DNA of 59,337 bases from an uncultured bacterium (GTDB lineage: Bacteria > JAGOEH01). The notes beneath the pieces were generated by a model that was not told the origin of the DNA, ran no database searches, and worked only from the letters and a program-made list of their open reading frames with translations. A program made the position numbers and the translations under genes. Below, piece after piece: positions 49,237-57,949 of this stretch; the first letter of the stretch is position 1, and every line of letters starts with the position of its first letter. The stretch covers positions 186,001 through 245,337 of the forward strand of contig CAZWDO010000006.1 of the NCBI GenBank assembly GCA_964632485.1, written 5' to 3'.

Positions 49237-51399
49237 ATGAAACGGAAAATAAAAATCGGAATTGATGTGGGTGGAACGTTTACCCATGCAGTAGCCATAA
49301 ATATTATTAATTATGAACTTATTGGTAAATCGTGTGTTCCCACCACCCACAAGGCAAAGGAAGGCGTGGCCCGGGGAGTCGTCGAATCGTTGGAAAAACT
49401 GGTAAAACAAGCTTCAATTGTACCGGACGAGATTATCCTGATTGCGCATTCCACAACTCAGGCAACCAATGCGCTGCTCGAAGGGGATGTAGCAGAAGTG
49501 GGCATTATCGGTATGGGTCGGGGCGCCGAAGGATTGATTATTAAACGGGAAACCAATCCTCATCAGATCGCCCTGGCGCCTGGAAAGTTTTTGAAAACCC
49601 GCCATGTGTATCTGGATTTAAGCGCGCCTTTAACGGAAAAACGAGTTGAACAGGCCATTGATCAACTCGTTGCGCAAGGCGCCCAGGTGATTGTCGCTAC
49701 TGAAGCCTATGGAGTGGATGATACGTCAAACGAGGATTATATTGTGGATATAGCTGTGCGTAAAGGGTTTTTAGCCACTGCTGCCAGCCAGATATCCAAA
49801 CTTTACGGGTTGCGTATTCGGACCCGGACTGCTGTAATTAATGCCAGTATGATGCCGAAAATGTTGGAAACCGCTAATATGACCGAAGAATCGGTCCGCC
49901 GGTCGGGTATTCGCGCTCCACTGATGATTATGCGTTCCGATGGCGGTATCATGGATATAAGCGAAATGCGCAAACGGCCGATTCTAACCATGCTTTCAGG
50001 CCCCGCCGCCGGCGTAACTGCGGCGTTGATGTATGCCCGCGTTTCCGACGGCATTTTTTTGGAAGTGGGCGGCACTTCCACCGATATTTCAGTCATCAAG
50101 AACGGGAAACCTCAGATTAAAAGCGCCCAGATCGGCGGACAAAAGCTCTACGTGCGCACTCTTGACGTTCGGACCCTCGGTATTGCCGGCGGTTCTCTGG
50201 TCCGGGTTCATGATAATAAAATTGTGGATGTCGGGCCTCGCAGCGCGCATATTGCCGACTTGCATTATATTGCGTATGCCGCTGAAGAAAATTTCGAGGA
50301 TCTGGAATTAAAAACCTTGCAGCCAAAAGCTGGGGATCCTTCCGATTACGCCGCCTTCTATCATCGACATCCAGGTAAAACCGGGTTTGGTTTGACTCCC
50401 ACCGAGGCCAGTTATTTTCTCGATTTACCCCAGGGTGTTATGGGCCATGGCGCTCCCAATCGCAAAAGTATCCGATCCTTTTTCCATTATTTGTCTATGC
50501 GCTGGGAACGGGATGCCAAAGAAATTGCCAGAGAATTGTTGACCATTGCTGCAGATAAGATTAAGCCCGTGATCCGGCAACTGGTCCGTGAATATAAGCT
50601 GGATAACGATTTAATCCGTTTTGTAGGCGGCGGCGGCGGCGCGCCGTCATTGGTGCCTTTCAGCGCTCAACACCTGAATGTGCCTTACCAGATCGCTGAA
50701 AATTGTGAAGTTATTTCTGCAATCGGAGTGGCGCTGGGTATTATCCGCGACTCAATCGAACGCAGTATCGTCAATCCTACCGAACACGATCTGATCTCTT
50801 TGCGTCAGATGGCGATGGATTCAGTGCAGAAAATGGGCGCTATCCCGGAAAGTATCGAAGTCACCATCGAAATCGATACCCGCAATAAACGGGTCACGGC
50901 CGTCGCAACCGGATCCAGCGAGCTGCGTACTAAAGAGTTGGGCGTCGAAGAGCTGGAACTGAAGGATATCATTCCAATCGCTGCCCAATCCCTCAAAGCC
51001 CATACTGAGAAAGTCGAGGTATTGGGACGAACTCCATTCCTGTGGGCGCTGACCTATACCTATATCGAAAACCGATTATGGGGGCTCTTTAAACGGGAAA
51101 TTCAAAAATTGCGCGTCATCAACAACGAGGGTATCATCAAACTCCAGATCAATGACTGTAAAGCTAAAGCCGTAACTGCCGAACACGTTAAAACAACGAT
51201 AACCGATCTGATAGCCGAGTTGACCACATTCGGCGACGCTGGAGCCTTAGCGCCCGATGTTTTCCTGCTGACGGGAGCGCGTATTATCGACATGACGGGA
51301 CTGGTGCAGGAAACCCAGATTTACACAATGGTGGATATTGAGCTTAAAAAAGTTTTACCACAAGATCCGGTGATTGTGGTTGCTACTAAAAAACAATAA
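49237..51399 (+). CDS. Hydantoinase/oxoprolinase A-subunit family (ASKHA ATPase) protein
   Basis: [64 protein letters not shown]. Confidence 0.88.
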   Translation: MKRKIKIGIDVGGTFTHAVAINIINYELIGKSCVPTTHKAKEGVARGVVESLEKLVKQASIVPDEIILIAHSTTQATNALLEGDVAEVGIIGMGRGAEGLIIKRETNPHQIALAPGKFLKTRHVYLDLSAPLTEKRVEQAIDQLVAQGAQVIVATEAYGVDDTSNEDYIVDIAVRKGFLATAASQISKLYGLRIRTRTAVINASMMPKMLETANMTEESVRRSGIRAPLMIMRSDGGIMDISEMRKRPILTMLSGPAAGVTAALMYARVSDGIFLEVGGTSTDISVIKNGKPQIKSAQIGGQKLYVRTLDVRTLGIAGGSLVRVHDNKIVDVGPRSAHIADLHYIAYAAEENFEDLELKTLQPKAGDPSDYAAFYHRHPGKTGFGLTPTEASYFLDLPQGVMGHGAPNRKSIRSFFHYLSMRWERDAKEIARELLTIAADKIKPVIRQLVREYKLDNDLIRFVGGGGGAPSLVPFSAQHLNVPYQIAENCEVISAIGVALGIIRDSIERSIVNPTEHDLISLRQMAMDSVQKMGAIPESIEVTIEIDTRNKRVTAVATGSSELRTKELGVEELELKDIIPIAAQSLKAHTEKVEVLGRTPFLWALTYTYIENRLWGLFKREIQKLRVINNEGIIKLQINDCKAKAVTAEHVKTTITDLIAELTTFGDAGALAPDVFLLTGARIIDMTGLVQETQIYTMVDIELKKVLPQDPVIVVATKKQ

Positions 51400-51409
51400 A
51401 ATTAAGGGC

Positions 51410-51438
51410 TTGACAAAATTGAAAAATGTTTGTAAATT
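51410..51438 (+). promoter_or_regulatory. Internal sigma70-type promoter
   Basis: TTGACA-N17-TAAATT upstream of deacetylase gene. Confidence 0.5.
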
Positions 51439-51472
51439 GGTGTGATTTTTAACCCTAATCCAAGGAGCCACT

Positions 51473-52276
51473 ATGAAGTTTTACCGTCGCACGAAGCATG
51501 GACTAAAAATTGATGACAAATTATCCGGCCTCTTTTCGACCTGGAACCCGGAAGATGAAGTATGGTTGTTCATCGGACCTCACGATGACGATACCGTTAT
51601 TGGCGCCGGATTGTTGCTGCAAGCCGGTTTGCAGGAGAACGTTCAAGTGCATTCGTTAGTCACCTCCGATGGACGAATGGGGTATTGTCATGAAAACCAG
51701 CGCGATAAGATTATCGATATTCGCCGGGATGAAACTTACAAATCCTTCGATATCCTGGGCATGCCGAAAGAAAATATTCATTATGGAAATTTTCCGGATT
51801 GCAATTTGAATGCCTTTATCGGCCGTCGTAAAGCCCAGGCAGGTGATCCCGATATCGTCGGTTTTACGGGTTTACAGAATCTTTTCACTTATTATCTGCG
51901 TAAAATAAAACCCAAACGCGTATTTTTACCTACTGGTCAGGATCTCCATCCCGATCATAAAATTGTGTACCAGGAACTTTTGATCTCCCTGTTCCACGCT
52001 TCCGGAAATATTTGGCCGGAACTGGGCCCGATTCTGAAGCAAGTTCCTTACGTCTATGAATTCCCCGTCTATTGCGATCTGGCCGAGCCTTCGACCATCA
52101 AAGTGATCGCCGATGACGATGTTTTCAATAAAAAATTGGAAGCGATTTTAGCCTATCAATCCCAGGAACAGATTGCTCAATTAGTCGAATCGCGTCGCGA
52201 TGGCGGACCTTTTGAGTTCTTTCTGCCTGTTTCTTATGCGTTTTATCATCCTACCAACTATAGTGGATTGTTCTAA
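51473..52276 (+). CDS. PIG-L/LmbE family N-acetyl-sugar deacetylase
   Basis: GPHDDD, VTSDG, RRDE, DLHPDH, KKLEAILAYQSQ motifs. Confidence 0.88.
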   Translation: MKFYRRTKHGLKIDDKLSGLFSTWNPEDEVWLFIGPHDDDTVIGAGLLLQAGLQENVQVHSLVTSDGRMGYCHENQRDKIIDIRRDETYKSFDILGMPKENIHYGNFPDCNLNAFIGRRKAQAGDPDIVGFTGLQNLFTYYLRKIKPKRVFLPTGQDLHPDHKIVYQELLISLFHASGNIWPELGPILKQVPYVYEFPVYCDLAEPSTIKVIADDDVFNKKLEAILAYQSQEQIAQLVESRRDGGPFEFFLPVSYAFYHPTNYSGLF

Positions 52277-52285
52277 ATTTGACTC

Positions 52286-52316
52286 AAGCCCTCTGGTTTT
52301 TCCGGGGGGCTTTTTT
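52286..52316 (+). terminator. Intrinsic terminator
   Basis: AAGCCCTCTGG-TTTT-TCCGGGGGGCTTTTTT immediately after stop. Confidence 0.65.
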
Positions 52317-52332
52317 CTTTAAAGGATTTGCA

Positions 52333-53124
52333 ATGTTTGAAGTCAATACCATAAAAATACACCGGGCCCAGCCTTCCGTAGCGCGTGTCTTGTATTTGGG
52401 CGATGACGATATGGACCGGGCAGCCGTATATCTTGGGTGTATCCTTTTTAAGGAAAATTATAGTTTTCATTATATCCCTTCCACATCCTTGTTTCCTAAC
52501 GATCTTGTGCTGGATTTTTTCGATCTGTTGATTATCAGCGATTATCCGGCAAAAAATTTTCAACCCCGGCAGTTCGAACGTATTGAAAAATGGGTGGAAG
52601 ATGGTGGTTCATTGTTGATGATTGGCGGGTGGGAATCGTTTTCAGGCTTGAACCTGGAATATACCGCCACACCGCTTAAATCACTGCTGCCCGTGAATAT
52701 GCTGGATCACGACGACCGATGTAATCTGTGCCATGGCTGCCTGATTTTACCGGTGGAGGAGCATGAAGTAACCCGGGGGTTGAACTGGGAGGCCCCGCCT
52801 GTGATCGGTGGATTCAACCGGGTGAGTTTGAAAGCGGGCGCTGAATTGATCCTCAAAGGCCACACGGTCCATTTGGAATACCATCAGGGACTGGGCTACC
52901 GACTGGATGATGAAACCCTTCCGATGCTGGCCTCAATGGCCGTGGGACATGGCCGCGCTACCGCTTTGATGTTTGACCTGGCGCCCCATTGGATCGGTGG
53001 AATGGTGGACTGGTACCAGAAACGAGTAACGATTCGGTTTAACGATTTGTTTGTAGAAGTGGGCGATCAATATTATCAATTTGTCGCCAATTTGTTAAGA
53101 TTTTGTAGTAGAAAGGAGCGCTAA
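52333..53124 (+). CDS. Class I glutamine amidotransferase-like (DUF1355-type) protein
   Basis: LLIISDYPA, GGSLLMIGGWESFSG, LLPV, GHGR motifs. Confidence 0.7.
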   Translation: MFEVNTIKIHRAQPSVARVLYLGDDDMDRAAVYLGCILFKENYSFHYIPSTSLFPNDLVLDFFDLLIISDYPAKNFQPRQFERIEKWVEDGGSLLMIGGWESFSGLNLEYTATPLKSLLPVNMLDHDDRCNLCHGCLILPVEEHEVTRGLNWEAPPVIGGFNRVSLKAGAELILKGHTVHLEYHQGLGYRLDDETLPMLASMAVGHGRATALMFDLAPHWIGGMVDWYQKRVTIRFNDLFVEVGDQYYQFVANLLRFCSRKER

Positions 53125-54327
53125 ATGGCGAAAGGCAAAGCCTTAATCGCGCAGGCCGGCGGCCCGACAGCGGTAATAAACGCCTCGTTGGCCGGTATTA
53201 TCTCCCAAGCCAAAAACAGCCCGGCCATTGAACAGGTACTGGGTTGCCATTTTGGAATGCTGGGATTAATCGAAGATAATCTGGTGAATTTATCCGCGGA
53301 AACTCCGGCGGCTATAGAGGGTCTTAAACGGACTCCCGGCAGCGCCCTGGGTTCTTCCCGCTATAAATTAAGTGAAAAAGATATGCCGCGTGTCCTGGAA
53401 ATCTTTAAAAAACATGATATCCATTACTTTTTCGGCATCGGCGGCAATGACACTATGCTCAATGTGTACCAGGTGGAGAAATACTGCCGGGAACAGGGCT
53501 ACGAATGTTTCGGTATGGGCTGCCCCAAAACGGTGGATAATGACCTGTTCGGGACCGACCATACCCCCGGATTCCCGACGGCAGCGCGTTATGTGGCCCT
53601 GTCGATCATGCAGGCCGGAATTCTGGCTAAGGATATGCAAAAAGTTGACCAATACGTGATTTACCAAACCATCGGCCGCGATGCCGGCTGGCTCGCCGCG
53701 GCCGCTTATGCCGCTAAACGCGATGAAGCCGATCCCCCCCATATCATTCTCATCCCTGAAATCCCTTTTGATTCGGATAAATTTTTCGCTAAATTCGAAA
53801 CCGCTTACAAAAAATTCGGCTATGTTTCAATCATTTGCGGTGAAGGCATTGTTTTTGCCGACGGCACGCCCGTCTCCGCCTCCCAGGTAAAAGATAATTT
53901 TTCCAATATCGAATTTGGCGCCATGGGCGGTACTTCAGCCGCGATGATGCTGCATAAAATGATCGGTGAAAAAACAAAATTCCGGGGTGAATTCCAGGTG
54001 CCCGAATCATTGCCCATGTGTTCGGCCGATCGTACGCCGGCTACCGATATCGAGGAAGCCTTCCGCCTGGGACAAAAAGCGGTCGATATGGCGCTGGAGG
54101 GGACTTCGGGTTTGATGACTACTCTGGTTCGGACCTCCAATCAGCCATATACGACTGAAATCGGAACCATCCCCCTGAATGAAGTTGCTGCTAAGACCAA
54201 ACCCTTGCCCGCTGAATACATCGCTGAAGACGGCATGATGGTGACCGAAGCCTTTCGAACTTACCTCGACCCGCTGATCGGACCGTTGCCGGAGTACACG
54301 AAGCTGAGTTTTATCCCCGCTAACTGA
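53125..54327 (+). CDS. 6-phosphofructokinase, probably PPi-dependent
   Basis: AQAGGPTAVINAS, ALGSSR, GGND (Asp at donor-determining position), PKTVDNDL, GRDAGWL. Confidence 0.9.
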   Translation: MAKGKALIAQAGGPTAVINASLAGIISQAKNSPAIEQVLGCHFGMLGLIEDNLVNLSAETPAAIEGLKRTPGSALGSSRYKLSEKDMPRVLEIFKKHDIHYFFGIGGNDTMLNVYQVEKYCREQGYECFGMGCPKTVDNDLFGTDHTPGFPTAARYVALSIMQAGILAKDMQKVDQYVIYQTIGRDAGWLAAAAYAAKRDEADPPHIILIPEIPFDSDKFFAKFETAYKKFGYVSIICGEGIVFADGTPVSASQVKDNFSNIEFGAMGGTSAAMMLHKMIGEKTKFRGEFQVPESLPMCSADRTPATDIEEAFRLGQKAVDMALEGTSGLMTTLVRTSNQPYTTEIGTIPLNEVAAKTKPLPAEYIAEDGMMVTEAFRTYLDPLIGPLPEYTKLSFIPAN

Positions 54328-54337
54328 GGAGTTGATC

Positions 54338-55348
54338 ATGAATAATTTTGAAGATAAATATTCCAAATATGCGCTGGCGCGGGAAATGCTGGAAACCTCC
54401 CGTATCATTAAAAATTTTAAAACAACTGATTTGAAACCGGCGGTGGAATCCCTCAAAGCCACAAAAAAGCTCTTTATGACCGGAGAAGGATCATCGCGGA
54501 TATTTCCCGCCAAAAATGCGATCAAGCTTTCTTTGGAAAAAGGACTGGATTTAAACCTGCAAACCCAGGGCAGTCGGCAGGCCGCCGAAGGCGATCTCTC
54601 GGCATTTACCCTTTTTGGCGCTTCCAATTCCGGGAAAACCAAGGAACTGATTTCATTATTCATGGCGAAGAAAGCCGCGCAGCAGTTCGGACTGACTGCG
54701 AATCATAATACTCCGCTGGAAGAACTCAGCCAGGCCGGTTATATATTGGGGTGCGGTAAAGAAGATGCCGTGGCGGCGACCAAAAGCGTGATTGAACAGG
54801 GGCTTTTTTACCATGAATTACTGGAACAGTACCAGGGGAAATCAATCGGGAACGCACAATTGAGCGAATTGGGAGACAAGGCGCAGCAGGTTTTGGAATT
54901 GAAAATTGATAGCGGCCTGGTCAGTAAAATCACCCGGGCGTCGATCATCTATTTTGCCGGTCGCAACGACGGCGTGGCGGAAGAAGCCACTTTGAAGACC
55001 AATGAAATCACTCGCAAGAAATCTGCGTATCTCGAAGGCACCTACGCCGCGCATGGTATCGAGGAAGTGATGAACCCCGATGAAGTGGTCATCGTGGTCG
55101 ATCCCTTTAAAGAAGAAGAAGAAAAGTTTCAGGAGGTGCTGGTTAAGGGTGTGGGCATGAACATAATCGCAATCGCGTCTCGGCCAACCCTGTTTCCCAC
55201 TGTTATTATTCCTTCTATGGCCGGATTTGACGGATATCTGCAATTAATGGCCTGCTGGAATCTATTAGTGGAAATCGGCATCAGTCTTGAAATTAATTTG
55301 GATAAACCCGTTCGCGCCCGTAAAATCGGGAATGAATACATCGCATAA
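54338..55348 (+). CDS. Two-SIS-domain phosphosugar isomerase/deaminase (GlmS isomerase-like, no glutaminase domain)
   Basis: TGEGSS, SNSGKTKE, EDAVAATKS, AEEATLKTNEI, HG, NLDKP..ARK. Confidence 0.8.
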   Translation: MNNFEDKYSKYALAREMLETSRIIKNFKTTDLKPAVESLKATKKLFMTGEGSSRIFPAKNAIKLSLEKGLDLNLQTQGSRQAAEGDLSAFTLFGASNSGKTKELISLFMAKKAAQQFGLTANHNTPLEELSQAGYILGCGKEDAVAATKSVIEQGLFYHELLEQYQGKSIGNAQLSELGDKAQQVLELKIDSGLVSKITRASIIYFAGRNDGVAEEATLKTNEITRKKSAYLEGTYAAHGIEEVMNPDEVVIVVDPFKEEEEKFQEVLVKGVGMNIIAIASRPTLFPTVIIPSMAGFDGYLQLMACWNLLVEIGISLEINLDKPVRARKIGNEYIA

Positions 55349-55366
55349 CAACCCAAAGGAGAAAAC

Positions 55367-56329
55367 ATGGAACATTTTATCGGTATTGACTTAGGCGGCA
55401 CAGAAATAAAAATCGGTATCATCAAAGCCGATGGAAAAATAATTATTAAAGATTCATTTCCCACGGATATGAGCAAGAGCGCGGACGATATTCTGGCTTA
55501 TATGGCCGATTGCGCCAGGCAAGTAGTGGCCAAAGCCGGACTGGATCTGAAAAAGGACGTCAAGGGACTGGGTATCGGTTCCCCCGGGATTTTGGATCCG
55601 GAAAAAGGGATCACCAAAATTGTGGTCAATATCCCGCAACTCAACGGTGGGGTGGAAGTAGCCGCCAAACTGACCGGTCATCTCGGCATTCCCGTCTACC
55701 TGGATAACGACGTGAACGCCATGGCTCTGGGGGAATTCTATTTTGGCGCCGCCAAGGGCTATACCGATGTAGTGGCGCTGACCCTGGGTACCGGCGTGGG
55801 CGGCGGTTTGATTTTTGATGGCAAGCTTTATCGCGGCGCATGTTTTGCCGCTGGTGAAATCGGCCATATCTCCATTGATCCCGATGGTATGTACTGCCCT
55901 TGCGGCAATTACGGCTGTCTGGAAAAATATGTGGGCCGTGACGGTATCATCCAGCGCTTCAAAATGGCTCAGATGAAAGGTATTGAAACCAATATTGACC
56001 AGTTTTTGGATAAAGGCGAGATCACGCCCAGAGCGATCGCTATGGCTGCGCAGGCCGGCGATGCGCTGTCGCTGGAAGTTTTGGCTGATACCGGTCGTAT
56101 CCTCGGCAACGTCATGGCCAGTTTGACCAACGTGCTCAATCCGCAAGTCTTTGTGATCGGTGGCGGCATCAGCAACGCTGGCGACCTGATTCTCGAACCC
56201 GCCCGCCGCGAACTGAAACGTCGCGCCTATACCGTTCCCGCCGCGGTGGTCAAAGTCGTGCGCGCCGCTCTGGGCAACGATGCCGGCATCGTCGGCTCAG
56301 CTTCGCTGGCTGTTGCCAAACTGAATTGA
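55367..56329 (+). CDS. ROK family sugar kinase (glucokinase/GlcNAc kinase)
   Basis: IGIDLGGT, LDNDVNAMALGE, TLGTGVGGG, AGEIGH, CPCGNYGCLE; no HTH. Confidence 0.92.
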   Translation: MEHFIGIDLGGTEIKIGIIKADGKIIIKDSFPTDMSKSADDILAYMADCARQVVAKAGLDLKKDVKGLGIGSPGILDPEKGITKIVVNIPQLNGGVEVAAKLTGHLGIPVYLDNDVNAMALGEFYFGAAKGYTDVVALTLGTGVGGGLIFDGKLYRGACFAAGEIGHISIDPDGMYCPCGNYGCLEKYVGRDGIIQRFKMAQMKGIETNIDQFLDKGEITPRAIAMAAQAGDALSLEVLADTGRILGNVMASLTNVLNPQVFVIGGGISNAGDLILEPARRELKRRAYTVPAAVVKVVRAALGNDAGIVGSASLAVAKLN

Positions 56330-56334
56330 GTTTT

Positions 56335-56375
56335 CCCCCTCGCTCGCTTGCGGGAGAGGGTAGGGTGAAGGTCTT
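56335..56375. repeat. Second copy of GGGAGAGGGTAGGGTGA palindromic intergenic repeat
   Basis: CCCCCTCGCTCGCTTGCGGGAGAGGGTAGGGTGAAGGTCTT resembles 43431-43470. Confidence 0.7.
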
Positions 56376-56392
56376 TCTTCACATCAATATTC

Positions 56393-56427
56393 AGGGTTCG
56401 GACACCCAAGGTCCGAACCCTTTTTTT
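56393..56427 (+). terminator. Intrinsic terminator ending the sugar-catabolism operon
   Basis: AGGGTTCGGAC-loop-GTCCGAACCCT followed by T run. Confidence 0.85.
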
Positions 56428-56440
56428 ATTAAAAAATAAC

Positions 56441-56469
56441 TTGACAAACACCCCCATATTGATTATAAT
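56441..56469 (+). promoter_or_regulatory. Perfect-consensus sigma70 promoter facing the recombinase/cassette array
   Basis: TTGACA-N17-TATAAT. Confidence 0.7.
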
Positions 56470-56945
56470 ATTTTTAAATCTGTATTTGTTGTTCTATTTT
56501 ACTGACATTGACCATGCGATAGCTTTATATATTTTTAAAAATAGTTGTTACAGATGCTGAATAACTGAAAAACAAATAATTTTTATTTGTAATTTTCAGG
56601 TTTAAGGAAAAAATAAAAGCCAATAATTTCAATGTTTTTTGGAATCATAATCAGAATGTATTGTTCACCTAAAGAGTACTGTTCTGCATCAGTTGAAAAT
56701 GGTGAATGTAGCTTAATAAGGTGTTGAACCAATCCAACAGTATATACTCACAGTGGTTTCTTCAGAAGTACTAATCGATTTCTTTCAGGAGATACAACCG
56801 GAATGTCTGGGAGGAGCAGTAACGGATACAGTTTCTCGGTCAGTTGAAAACCATGAGGTTGCTGCATACGCCTGTAATTCCTTCTTTGTCCAACGGGAAT
56901 TCAAATTTTTTTTTTAGTGATACATTTTGTATAGCGAATTTTTAC

Positions 56946-56974
56946 TTGACATTTCAATGATAATAATTTAATAT
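56946..56974 (+). promoter_or_regulatory. Candidate recombinase promoter
   Basis: TTGACA-N17-TAATAT; GAGGAG RBS upstream of ATG 57033. Confidence 0.5.
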
Positions 56975-57032
56975 GTTGATTGAAAAATATGTATTGATTA
57001 TTAATGGCAATATCTGAGGAGATTATAGCCGG

Positions 57033-57875
57033 ATGATTCAGAAGTATCTGGAATTGCTGACGCTTAAGCGGTACAGTCCGCGTACGATCAGTGTCTATAC
57101 CCATTGTTTCAATTTGTTTTTGGATTATTTTAAGGGACGCGATATAAACGTTGTCAGTAAGGATGAAGTATTGCAGTTTCTGATCAATGAGACGAATAAA
57201 GGGATTTCGCCATCCTTCCAAAATCAACTGATAAATGCGATTAAGTTTTATTATGAAAAAGTGATTGGACGAAAACCTGAATTTTACGATTTACCGCGCC
57301 CTAAAAAGGAGCATAAGCTTCCGCTTGTTTTGAGCGAAGAAGAGGTGTTGTCAATTTTCAGGCAAGTTGATAATGTAAAACATAAATGCATCTTGTTTCT
57401 GCTTTATTCAGGCGGATTGAGGCTTAGTGAAATAACCAACCTCAAGATTGGTGATATCGATTCAAAACGAAATTTAATTTTTATACATGGCGGCAAAGGG
57501 AAAAAAGACCGTACAACGCTACTTTCCCATACCTTGTTGGAATTGCTTAGAAGTTACTATAAGGAGTACCGTCCTAAAGAATATCTTTTTGAAGGACAAG
57601 GGGGAGGGCAATACAGTCCACGAAGCGTACAGAATATTTTCAAACGAGCGTTGAAATCGTCGGGAATCAAAAAGCCGGCCACCGTGCATACCTTGCGGCA
57701 TAGTTTTGCCACTCATTTATTAGAAAGGGGGACTGATTTAAGGTATATTCAGGAACTGTTAGGCCATGCTGATTCAAAAACGACCGAGATTTATACCCAC
57801 GTAACCAAACGAGGACTGGATAAGATCGTCAGTCCGTTGGATAATTTGAATGTTGCAACTATTACGGAAAAATAA
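57033..57875 (+). CDS. Tyrosine recombinase, integron-integrase-like but lacking the I2 insertion
   Basis: SAM-like N-domain (YSPRTISVY, QNQLINAIKFYY); catalytic R (GLRLSE), K (GKGKKDR), HxxR (HTLRHSFATH), LLGH, Y (TTEIYTHV); IntI-like C-terminal SPLD. Confidence 0.92.
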   Translation: MIQKYLELLTLKRYSPRTISVYTHCFNLFLDYFKGRDINVVSKDEVLQFLINETNKGISPSFQNQLINAIKFYYEKVIGRKPEFYDLPRPKKEHKLPLVLSEEEVLSIFRQVDNVKHKCILFLLYSGGLRLSEITNLKIGDIDSKRNLIFIHGGKGKKDRTTLLSHTLLELLRSYYKEYRPKEYLFEGQGGGQYSPRSVQNIFKRALKSSGIKKPATVHTLRHSFATHLLERGTDLRYIQELLGHADSKTTEIYTHVTKRGLDKIVSPLDNLNVATITEK

Positions 57876-57949
57876 ACGCCATATTGCGCAAAACGTACTG
57901 AATTTGGGGTTATATACGCCATATGGCGCATATACAAACGTTGTGTGCT
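57876..57949 (+). other. Putative attI-like recombination site
   Basis: 15-bp direct repeat ACGCCATAT(T/G)GCGCA at 57876 and 57916, 24-bp near-palindrome 57911-57934, then GTT at 57940. Confidence 0.6.

Noticed and set aside
56738-56753. LexA-box-like CAGTATATACTCACAG upstream of recombinase
   Set aside because: Mismatch in the essential CTG, far from either candidate promoter, and the gammaproteobacterial box is not expected in this lineage.
56560-56870. Possible minus-strand gene remnant upstream of recombinase
   Set aside because: Reading frame is broken by a stop and resembles no family I recognise.
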